A DNA stretch of 64,000 bases from Octopus sinensis (taxonomy: Eukaryota): contig NC_043004.1 of the NCBI RefSeq assembly GCF_006345805.1, forward strand, positions 85,560,001 through 85,624,000, written 5' to 3'. A model generated the notes under the pieces. It saw nothing but the letters and a program-made list of their open reading frames with translations. It did no database searches and was not told where the DNA came from. The position numbers and the translations under genes are program-made. This document shows, piece by piece, positions 53,609 through 64,000 of this stretch. Each line of letters starts with the position of its first letter. The stretch's first letter is position 1.

Positions 53609-54311
53609 AACAACAAACAAGATGAGGACAAATATCCATCCTTGATTTAGTCTAAAACACATGCTTTTACCCTAGTAGCAAAATCTTTGTTGTCCAGTGT
53701 TATCAACCGCGAATTTTGCCACTAACACGTCGGCCAGGATGCCTTCCTCAATTACATTTTCTAACTTACAACTTTTCTTTAATTTTTCCACACTCTCATC
53801 TGTTTTCTTCCTATCATATTTCAAGCTATTTCGAATTGCTTATCGTATTTCTAATTGCAACGGTGTTAGCGGTAGTGTTGTTCTCGGCGGTATAAATGGT
53901 ACCAGAATTTTTCTCCTTGGAACTGTTGTTGTTGTTGATGTTTTGTTTACTGTGACCACTATAATTGTAGGTGCTGGGGATGCTCTCGTTATAGTTGATG
54001 GCGTTATTTTTCCTCTTCTTCATCATATAAATGCTACAGTTCGTGTTGCGCTTTCAGAAACATGTTGGGTTCACAAATTTGTTAGGAAGAAGAAATAGTG
54101 AGAATTCTCATTTCATAAGTGCTATTTAAACAACATCGATGATTTTCTTTCGCTATATCAATTTGTAATCTTAATTTGCAAATGTGTGTGTGATACTAAA
54201 GAGGAGAAACATCTTACCTGTTCGGATTAATAAGCAGAAGGCGTAACCAAATAACAGAAATAGATAAGCATATTAAACCGTAACAAGTTTAAAAGAGTGA
54301 AATGAATAGTG

Positions 54312-54315
54312 AGGT

Positions 54316-54351
<36 letters not shown>

Positions 54352-54797
54352 CGACGTCGACGGCGACGACGATGATGAAAGTGTGAAAGGGGAGGAAGTG
54401 AGGGCAAGATGGACGAAATTAAGAAGAGGAGGAAGAAGGAGAAGAAGAAGAAGGAGAAGGAGAAGAAGAAGAAGGAAGGAGAGAAGAAGAAGAAGAAGCA
54501 GTAGGAGAAGAGAAGAAGAAGAGAAGAAAAAGAGAAAAGAGAAGAAAAAGAAGAAGAAGAAGAGAAAGAAAGAGAGACGAAGAAGAACAAGAAGAAGAAC
54601 AAAGAAGGAAGAACAAGAAAAGAAGAAGAAGAAGAGAAGAAGAAGAAGAACAAGAAGAAAAAGAAGAAGAAGAAAAAAAGAAGAAGAAAAAAAAAGAAGA
54701 GAAAAGAAGAAGAAGAAGAAAAAGGAGAAGAAGAAGAGAAGAAGAAGAGAAGAAGAAGAAGAAGAAGAAGAAGAAGAAGAAGAAGAAGAAGAAGAAT
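54312..54797 (+). repeat. (GAT)n followed by a purine-rich (GAA)-type low-complexity tract
   Basis: Direct reading. Explains the overlapping 183-187-aa low-complexity ORFs. Confidence 0.95.
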
Positions 54798-55099
54798 ATA
54801 GTTGCTCGCCGCGATGTTGCATCCGGCCTCTTTCACTCACTGAGAATCTGTCATCCTGAACGGAAACGTGAGAAGCCAGGTCTCAGAGAAGGCTAGAAAG
54901 AGGAAACAGCTTAGATAAGATTTATGCACAATATTCGTAAATGGATGAATTACAGCTTGAAGAGCAGTTTGATTCTTATATTCCTCATATTGGCTCCCCT
55001 CTTTTTGTCTCTTTAGACACAATTTCCTCCGCACGGTTCGTGCATGAGAAAATCGTGTCATTTTTGGTGTCAATTCTTATTTCTATTTACAATTGTATA

Positions 55100-55510
55100 C
55101 TCTTACTCTTTTACTCTTTTACTTGTTTCAGTCATTTTGACTGCGGCCATGCTGGAGCACCGCCTTTAGTCGAGCAACTCGACCCCGGGACTTCTTTTTG
55201 TAAGCCCAGTACTTATTCTATCGGTCTCTTTTTGCCGAACCGCTAAGTGACGGGGACGGAAACACACCAGCATCGGTTGTCAAGCAATGCTAGGGGAACA
55301 AACACAGACACACAAATATATACACATACATATATATACATATATACGACAGGCTTCTTTCAGTTTCCGTCTACCAAATCCACTCACAAGGCATTGGTCG
55401 GCCCGGGGCTATAGCAGGAGACACTCGCCCAAGATGCCACGCAGTGGGACTGAACCCGGAACCATGTGGTTGGTTAGCAAACTACTTACCACACAGCCAC
55501 TCCTGCGCCT
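55100..55510 (-). mobile_element. SINE family B, full length
   Basis: Reverse complement of the 48488 copy, with an (AAGAGTAA)-type tail. Confidence 0.88.
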
Positions 55511-55650
55511 ATGTACATATATTCTTTCAGAACTTATTTTATTTGTAAGTCTTTTATCTTTTATTTTTTTTTTATTTCTTTCAGTCATTAGAATGCGGCC
55601 ATGCTGCAGCACATTCTCGAGACATATCAATATTTCTTAATTTTTAAAAG

Positions 55651-56034
55651 GGCGGCGAGCTGGCAGAAACGTTAGCACGCCAGGCGAAATGCGTAGCCGT
55701 ATTTCGTCTGCCGTTATGTTCTGAGTTCAAATTCCGCCGAGGTCAACTTTGCCTTTCATCCTTTCGAGGTCGTTTAAATAAGTACCAGTTACGCACTGGG
55801 GTCGATATAATCGACTTAATCCGTTTGTCTGTCCTTGTTTGTCCCCTCTGTGTGTAGCCTCTTGTGGACAGTAAAGAAATAGGTATTTCGTCTGCCGTTA
55901 CGTTCTGAGTTCAAATTCCGCCGATGTCGAACTTGCCCTTCATCCTCTCGGGGTCGCACTGGGGTCGATATAATCGACTTAATCTCTTTGTTTGTACACT
56001 GAACGTTTAGCCTCCTCTGGGCAATAAAGAAATA
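55651..56034 (+). mobile_element. SINE family A, head + tandem second body
   Basis: GGCGGCGAGCTGGCAGAAACGTTAGC head, GAGTTCAAATTCC B-box. The body restarts at 55882 after AAAGAAATA. Confidence 0.88.
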
Positions 56035-57558
56035 AATATTTAATTTTTTTTTTGTGCCTTTGATTCTCTCACTATCCTTTCCGATCAAATAAACTTACGT
56101 TATAACGGTAACCATTTTGATAAGGGTAATCTTAAGACTGCGACTGGTCCTGCAATATAAACGTTTTATTTTCAAATGATTTAAATTACAATTTCTCATT
56201 ATAATTTATGTTAATTTATGCTCCAAACATAATTCAATATTTTAAATAAACTGGGTGTATTTCAGTAGAAATATACTAACAAAAGGATTTCAAAAGAAAG
56301 AAAAGCGTTTGAGAAGCGTAGCATCTGAAGTATGTGTTGATAGTTACAAATCAAGAAAGAAAGGAAGGGAAGAAGGAAGGAAGAAAGGAAAAAAGAAAGA
56401 AAGAAAGAAAGAAAGGAAAAGAAATTTAGAAACAATATGTGTAAATGAAGGTTTAAATGAAAATAAATATAAGGTATATGAGATAAAATGAAGCTGTTTG
56501 GTGAAAAACAAGGAAAAAATGGGAAGAATTATTAAAATGGATGAAGAAATTTATGAAACAAAGATAAACCGAAACGCGTTAAGATTATAAAGGAAGGTAC
56601 GAAAAACTGCCACTGGGAATAAAAGAAATAAAGAAAAAAACTGTGGAAACGAGGAGTGACGAAAAGAAATAAAAAATGAAAACTCGCTTCAAAGAAAAGA
56701 AATGAATCAATTTTTTTACACAGAAACCGGAAGGAAAAATTTCTGTCAAAAATGTTGGAGCGAGAAGCGCTTCTCACGACCGCGTGTCCGTGAGGTGGTT
56801 GTGTTCATTAAACAGTTTTGAGTAGGAACCAGAAAGAGAGATATGAACACACGATGCGCATGAACTCAACGTATTAGTAAAACGGAAGAGAAGAATAAAA
56901 ACGCAATGCGCATGTCATATCTCGCTTTATTTCACTGTTCTAATTATGCAGATATCACCATGTTTCTAAATCTGCTAACACGGAGAAAAAGTCATTTTCA
57001 TGCATCTTTGGTATAATTTTCTTGTTTTTCATTGTTTTTCATATTTTTTATGCAAATTCTGAAAAAGGGTTATTTTAATTTTTTTGACTACTTTTAGTAG
57101 GTCACCCTCTGGACTTCTGCATTTCTAACAGCGAGACTAGCAATCAGAGCTTCAGTGAGTTAATACACCCTGCTGGTCGAAGATTAGATTTCAATTACAT
57201 TATAAAAATTCGTACGTTCCTACAAACAAACACACACACACACTCGTATGCATAGGTGCACAGGCACACATATACACAGGTGCTCACATTCATCTATATC
57301 TCTATCTATCTATCTTTCAGTCTATCTGTCGATCTATAAGTGTGTGTCTGTGTGTGTGTCTTTTTACCCTTTATCTTGTCCTTGTTTCAGTCATTAGACT
57401 ACAGCCATACTGAGGCATCACCATGAAGGATTATAATCTAACAAATCGACGCCTATATTTATACTTTTTAATCTGGTGCTTATTGCCTCAGTCATTTTCT
57501 GCTGAACGGCTGTCTTACGAGGACGTACACACGTGTTGTAAAGCGGTGCTATGAGACA

Positions 57559-57789
57559 GGCGGCGAGCTGGCAGAAACGTTAGCACGCCGGGCGAAATGC
57601 TTAGCGGTATTTCGTCTGAGTTACGTTGTGAGTTCAAATTCCGCCGAGGTCGACTTTGCCTTTCATCCTTTCGGGGTCGATAAATTAAGTACCAGTTACG
57701 CACTGGGGTCGATGTAATCGACTTAATACCTATGTCTGTCCTTGTTTGTCCGCTCTGTGTTTAGCCCCTTGTGGGTAATAAAGAAATAG
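57559..57789 (+). mobile_element. SINE family A, full-length monomer with 13-bp target-site duplication
   Basis: Flanked by GTGCTATGAGACA (57546-58) and GTACTATGAGACA (57790-802). Confidence 0.92.
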
Positions 57790-58029
57790 GTACTATGAGA
57801 CAAACACAATCACGCACACACACACATATACACACACACACCACCACCACCACCATGCACACACACACACCACCACCACCACTACCATGCACACACACAT
57901 ATTGAATCGTTGTCGTTATGACCAAATCCACCTTAAATTTGCTGAAATGTGTGCACTATGTCGGTTGTTTGTTTTTGAAGAGTCGTACTAGAAAATTGAA
58001 ACGAATTATCTACATTCAATTATATTTTG

Positions 58030-58240
58030 GACGTTGAAAGCTCTACAATTCATTACGCAAGACCATTCTGACTGTAGATGTGGAGATGAAGAGAGCAAGA
58101 CTCCGTGAGATCGTTTGTGGATGAACGATATTAAGGAATGGTCAAGAAACAAGAACCTGTTACAACATAAGTGGAATTGGGGTTAACTTGATAAGCCGAT
58201 CACTGGACACAGAGAAGACACCTGGTGGATGATTGATGAT
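58030..58240 (+). mobile_element. RTE-clade 3' coding remnant
   Basis: KTILTVDVEMKRAR...WMNDIKEWS resembles the RTE KTILQGxVEGxRxRGR..W.D.IKEW motif. Confidence 0.55.
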
Positions 58241-59947
58241 GAGTCATTCATCAAGCATTTTCGCACTTGGTCTGACAATCAGTTAAATTTTAATTGTATC
58301 ACATGTGTGAGAGAGAGGCAGTGATAAGGAAAACGTCTTAAGCAGCGCTGAATAAAATAAGCCTGTCTTACCACGACAACACCTGCCTTCACACATCGCA
58401 ACTTTGCTGTCACGTTTTGCTAATATACGAGATGGCTAGTGAATCTTTTCTGCTGATCTTTTGCTATCGTTGGTTAAATAATGGGAGTAGCTATGAGAAG
58501 TCTGCAGTACTGCAGGAAACATGTTCCGTTACGTGTTCTACGAGAGGAGAAGACGTTACTTGTGTGGTATCAGAAAGGGAAATAAGTCTGCATAGTAAAG
58601 CCAGAAGGGATTTTGATTCAATCGTGCAAGCAAAAGCCAGGTATTTGTGTCCTTATAATGGTTGTTTCATTGACGGTGGGGACAGATCTCATAGTCTGGT
58701 TTTATCGATGACATACTTGTCGTAATGGACACAATTGAAGGTGTCGTGTGTTTAAGAGAAGAATGAAGAAATAAGCATGAATGTCCAGGTATTGAAAATC
58801 TAAAATGCAGTACATAAATCGTCAAATGATACAATAAGATTATAACACAATTTCTAGACATAAACAGGTAGACAGGAAATATATCATGTCTGTTTGCATC
58901 AAGATGCAAACAAACGCTTCCACTTAGCGGAAACAGAGAATGTCCAGCGAAATTTTAAATTGCATAGTTAGCTTATAAAAACAACCGTAGTTGGGATCTT
59001 TTGTTTTATTTTCTATATCTGTTTAACTAATGTTTCGTTTATCGAAGAGAATCTAAATATTGTTCTATCGAAACTATACGATAATATTCATGTACAACAC
59101 AATGCATTACAGCTATTAGTCAAATCGCATATAAAGTGCATTAGATTAATCAAATTCACAAACCATATAGGAGGTGTTTTACATGAAGCAAATGCACACC
59201 AACTATAAAATAGATGGACCCATTACGAAAACTTTCATAAAATACAACACAAATCGCATTAAGCCAAACCAGCACTGATAATGTACTACATTTAACATTT
59301 AATATCTTCTCGTCCGCAGCATAGCATTTAATGGTTAGTGTTTCAACATGCTGCTGATACAAAGAAATTGATGCATAAATTTGAGTGATAATCATCGTAA
59401 AAATTGTAAACTTCATGACTTCAACTGTTATATAGCCCATAAATGTGTAACGGACATTTCCTCTCTCACGACACACTTAAAATGAGGAGAAAATGCAGTT
59501 TTCTATATTACACAATCAAAATAAATCCATATAGGAAAGCATAAGTAAACAAAGCATACGTTCCAAAATATTCCAAAATCTTTCACTAATATAAATCATA
59601 AATGGTAAGTGCTAAGTATAAAACAGAATGCAATGTTTAAGTGCACACTCAGATAATAATCAATCGCCAAACTGATGTCATTCAAATAACTTACGTCTGC
59701 AATAATCACATTATCTGCAATAATCACATTGATCTTGCTTCCGATGACAAAAGGGCAAAACATAAATATCATTTCACACTGAAGCTGAAATTGTGAGAGT
59801 TTAGACATAACGGTGTGTTTGGGAATATCTAGTGTTTGAAACGAACAGCGTGGAACTCATGAGAAAATTGATAAAAGCTCTTTTTCACTGCAAAACGATA
59901 TATACATACATACATATATATATATATATTATATATATATATATATA

Positions 59948-60015
<68 letters not shown>

Positions 60016-60103
60016 GGAGAGTTTACGAAAAAAAACTAAAGACGAAGACAGGTGGTGTACAAAACAAACAGATGTATTAGTATAACGCTCAAGAATAGAA
60101 AAA

Positions 60104-60137
60104 TTCTACGTTTCGAGCCTATACTCTTCTACAGAAA
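60104..60137 (-). ncRNA. Decayed minimal hammerhead-like motif (same family as 34592)
   Basis: CTGTAGA-A-GAGT-ATAG-GCTC-GAAAC-GTA. The shared flank ACGAAGACAGGTG is also present near 34540. Confidence 0.45.
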
Positions 60138-60215
60138 GGGACTCAGAAAAAACAAGGAGAGAAGAAAATGTGTGTAGTGGCTAACGATGTATCATGGCGA
60201 TTGATCTATCATGGC

Positions 60216-60286
<71 letters not shown>

Positions 60287-60339
60287 AATGTATATATGTA
60301 CGTTATTCACATTATTTACAGTGTATATATATGTGCTTA

Positions 60340-60540
60340 CGAGGTGATGCTTGCCTTTGGTAAAAGAAAATATAGGCGAATTAGTTAATTATGATTTTAT
60401 TCAACAGATTCCATTCCCAGATTCATACACTTATTGCACCAGTCCTTCGGTATTTTTAAGTCCTGTAAAAGAACACGGTGTTTGTGCCTCCAGCCAGGCC
60501 TTTTGCGGTACCCTTAAAGCCAGGAATTTTTCAACACCCC
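60340..60540. mobile_element. Short mariner-derived MITE, degenerate
   Basis: TA|CGAGG start and ...AAAGCCAGGAATTTTTCAACACCCC end. Internal sequence resembles a mariner transposase C-terminus on the minus strand. Confidence 0.55.
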
Positions 60541-61013
60541 ATTCCATCCCGCATGTATTAGCCAACTTTATTCAACAGACTCTAAATTAAATATTAAGTA
60601 TTTAACTGATTAAATGATATACATATAGGTGTACATTAGTGTTAATTAGCACGTATTATTAGAGGTGTCGGACCATCAGTGTGTGGCGATTTGGTAACGT
60701 ACCTATATACATTTATACATATATATAAAAGGCAAACTTCCACACAGTCTCTGGTTACCACTTCAACACACAAGGCTCTAGTCAGACTGGTGTTATAGAA
60801 GACACTCACCTAAAATAACTCGGAGTGAAGGTGAACACAAGACTGCGTGCTTGAGAAGTAAGCATTTTGGTTAAACTGTCGTGCATGTCTCTAGAATCCA
60901 ATATATTGTTTTTCTATATTTTATAACCTCACGATGTGACTCTTGATATTTGTTTGATATTTCTCAAATGTTGAGCGACAATGTATTGTCTTCATTAATA
61001 GAGCTTACCTGAA

Positions 61014-61424
61014 GGCGGACATCCGACAGAATCGTTTGCGTGCCAGGCGAAATGCTTAGCAGTATTTGTCTGCTGTTACGTTCTGAGTTCAAATTCCGCC
61101 GAGGTCGGCTTTGTCTTCTATCCTTTCGGGGTCGATTAAATAAGTACCAGTTACGCACTAGGGTCGATAAATTCGACTTAATCCGTTTGTCTGTCAATGT
61201 TTCTCCTCTCTATGTTTAGCCCCTTGTGGGTAGTAAAGAAATAGGTATTTCGTCTGCTGTTACGTTCTGAGTTCAAATTCCGCCGAGGTCGACTTTGTCT
61301 TTCATCCTTTCGGGATCGATTAAATAAGTACCAATCACGCACTAGGGTCGATGTAATCGACTTAATTGCTTTCTCTCTCCTTGTTTGTCCCATCTATGTT
61401 TAGCCCCTTGTGGACAATAAATAA
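61014..61424 (+). mobile_element. SINE family A, head + tandem second body
   Basis: The body restarts at 61244 after AAAGAAATA, the same junction as at 55882. Confidence 0.85.
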
Positions 61425-61536
61425 ATTTTTTTTTTACTATATTTTATACAATCATGATGTTACTCAAGATATTTGTTTGATATTTCTCAAATGTTAAGCG
61501 ACAAAGTATTGTCTTCATTAATAAATCTTTCCTGAA

Positions 61537-61716
61537 GGCGGCGAGCTGGCAGAATCTTTAGTACCCCGGGCAAAATGCATGGCAGTATTTCGTCTGTCGC
61601 AGCGTTTTGAGGTCTGACCTTTTCGGGGTCGATAAATTAAGTACCAGTTGAGTACTGAAGTCGATGTAATCCACTATCCCCTCCCCAAAATTTTAAGATG
61701 TGTGCCTATAATAGAA
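61537..61716 (+). mobile_element. SINE family A, internally deleted
   Basis: GGCGGCGAGCTGGCAGAA head and GGGGTCGATAAATTAAGTACCAG core. Confidence 0.75.
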
Positions 61717-62359
61717 AGAATCAATAGATCTTTCCTTTGCTATTTGATTACTAAAATACACCATTCGAAACCATAGCTATACATTCTAAACGGAAATGTT
61801 GCGGGTTTTGTTCAATTTATTTTTTTAAGTACATTTTTATAGACATTAAATATCGATTTGCTTCGTTTTAATGGTTCGACAGGTGTGTTTGCTATAAATA
61901 TTTGTTTAAAACAAATTGTTAGATTAAAAGCCTCATGATAATTTAGTAATCCAGGGATTTGGTTCGGCTTTAATTAAATCGTTGTTTGAAGAATGAATTA
62001 TGAAACGAAAGCGGAGGGCAATGCGTTGAATATTCAAGCCACAAACAGTGCAGAGTAAATTATTAACAGTATTATATCAAAAGTAACACGAACAAAATAA
62101 GAAGGCCAATATTAGGTGGCGGTACGTGTTAACTCGACATGCTAGATATAGCACTCACATCTGTCATAAATATTAACTGTGGCACAACACCAGAAATTCT
62201 AAATGAATCAATCACATCGACCCTAGTGCACAAATCGTACATATTTTATTGACCCTGAGAGGATGAAAGCTGAAGTGGACCTTGATGGTTTTTGAATTCA
62301 GAGAGTATTGAGACGGAAGAAATGCGACGACACTTTTAGCCTGATGTACTAACCATTGT

Positions 62360-62773
62360 TATTTCTTTATTGCCCACAAGGGGCTAAACATAGAGGAGAC
62401 AAACAAGGACAGATAAACGGATTAAGTCGATTACATCGCCCCCATGCGTAATTGGTACTTTATTTATCAACCCCGAAAGGATGAAAAGCAAAGTCGACCC
62501 CGGCGGAATTTGAACTCAGAACGTAACGGTAGACGAAATACCTAATTGTTTACTACCCACAAGTGGCTAAACACAGAGGGGACAAAAAAGGACAGACAAA
62601 CGGATTAATTCGACTATATCGACCCTAGTGCGTAACTGGTACTTATTTAATCGACCCAGAAAGGATGAAAGGCAAAGTTGACCTCAGCGGAATTTGAACT
62701 AAGAACGTAACGGCAGACGAAATACGGCTACACATTTCGCCCGGCGTGCTAACGTTTCTGCCAGCTCGCTGCC
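62360..62773 (-). mobile_element. SINE family A, head + tandem second body
   Basis: Reverse complement of the 55651 layout, junction at ~62542. Confidence 0.85.
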
Positions 62774-63136
62774 ATGATATGCTAAACATTCTGTCGTTCT
62801 ATCGCCTTCACGTCTATCGTCAACAAAGAAACGACACATTAGGTCATGTACGATCCGTATTGAAGTTCGACCTACCGAACTAAACAAGGACGCTAGGTTT
62901 CCAGTGCATATTACCGTTCCTGATACTTACCCTCTGTCAGTGACATCTCCTAATGGATGTATTATCGTGCTTAAGTGATAGTACGGGATTTGAACTCTGA
63001 AATATAGCGGAAGTAAATACCCGAAGTATTCCATTCGACGCTCTAAAGATTTCGCTAATACATCGCCCCTTCGATAGACACTACTTATCGACACCGAAAG
63101 GATGCAAGACAAATTTGGGCTCGATGGGATTTGAAC

Positions 63137-63363
63137 TCTTTACTACCCACAAGGAGATAAACACAGAGGGAACAAACAAGGACAGACAAACGGATTAAGT
63201 CGATTATATCGACCCCAGTGCGTAACTGGTACTTATTTAATCGACCCCGAAAGGATGAAAGGCAAAGTCGACCTCGGCGGAATTTGAACTCAGAACGTAG
63301 CGACTGACGAAATACGGCTACACATTTCGCCCGGCGTGCTAACGTTTCTGCCAGCTCGCCGCC
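63137..63363 (-). mobile_element. SINE family A monomer
   Basis: Near-identical reverse complement of the 57559 copy. Confidence 0.9.
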
Positions 63364-63924
63364 TTACGTCCCCTTAATATTAGCCACTCGGTAAGAGTAG
63401 TGATACAATGAGTACCAGCTTTCAAAAAAAAGTACGTACTGAAGTCAATTCGTTCGACTAAAACATCTCAAGCATGGCCCCAGCATGGCCGCTCTCCATG
63501 ACTGATACAAGTAAAAGGGAAATGGTTTCCTTGGACAGTCTTTGAAACATTTTATCACAAAAAGCCAGAACATAAACACAATCGTTTTATTGTTTTATGC
63601 ACCACATGCTTTCACTGATAACATGTAATAGTGATTTCAGATTTTCGCACAGGGCCAGAAATCTTGGGTGAGAAGAGACGACGATTCCATGGTCTTTGAT
63701 GCTGGACTGGTATTCATTTCATCAACACTCGAAAGGGAGTATGAAAGGTAATGTTGACCGCTGCAGTATTTGAACTCAGAGCGTAAGACGGACAAAATGC
63801 CAATAAACACTTTTTTTTCTATCTTTTTATTACATGCAATGTTAAAAGAAGGTTTTCAGACAGCGAGCTGGTATAATCGTTACCATGATGGGTAAAATGC
63901 TTCATGCTATATCCTCTGACTTTA

Positions 63925-64000
63925 CGAGGGGCGTTCAATAAGTAATGCCCCTGATCCACTTCCCATTACAGTAGAGCAACGAAACTTGGCACAGTTATTA
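63925..64000 (+). mobile_element. Start of a mariner element (TIR), runs off the window
   Basis: TA|CGAGGGGCGTTCAATAAGTAATGCCCC, a typical mariner terminus. Confidence 0.75.

Noticed and set aside
53697-54098. 133-aa plus ORF and a Thr-rich, stop-interrupted minus-strand reading
   Set aside because: No recognisable domain. Could be a decayed TE ORF but is unsupported.
54273-54859. 183-187-aa acidic/basic ORFs
   Set aside because: Produced by (GAT)n/(GAA)n low-complexity DNA, open on both strands.
58565-58580. TGGTATCAGA primer-binding-site-like motif (also TGGTGTCAG at ~12749)
   Set aside because: No adjacent LTR ending in CA and no gag/pol remnants recognised.

Overview
A repeat-dominated animal genomic window with no recognisable intact host gene. 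Cephalopod/Octopus origin is inferred from the SINE families and the extreme (TA)n/(CA)n/(GATA)n/(AAT)n density. Nearly all supplied ORFs are microsatellite translations. Real coding signal comes only from decayed transposons: a near full-length IR/DR Tc1 element (10163-11761), several mariner and maT-like remnants, RTE-clade LINE 3' fragments (one ending in three C2H2 zinc fingers), a Helitron PIF1-like helicase remnant, and two Penelope-like (PLE) GIY-YIG fragments. Non-coding repeats include non-autonomous Helitron pieces with a 145-bp internal tandem repeat and two abundant tRNA-derived SINE families. The main hidden signal is RNA structure: about 15 type I hammerhead-ribozyme-like motifs from several unrelated sequence families, 9 of them with an intact core and stems I-III pairable by eye. 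Six lie in a ~470-bp non-coding tandem array that inverts mid-way (28146-30915, retrozyme/pLTR-like). Two form a back-to-back foldback (36361-36978), and one sits at the 3' end of a tRNA-headed element (52823-53640). All structures were derived by manual base-pairing, and coordinates of decayed elements are approximate.
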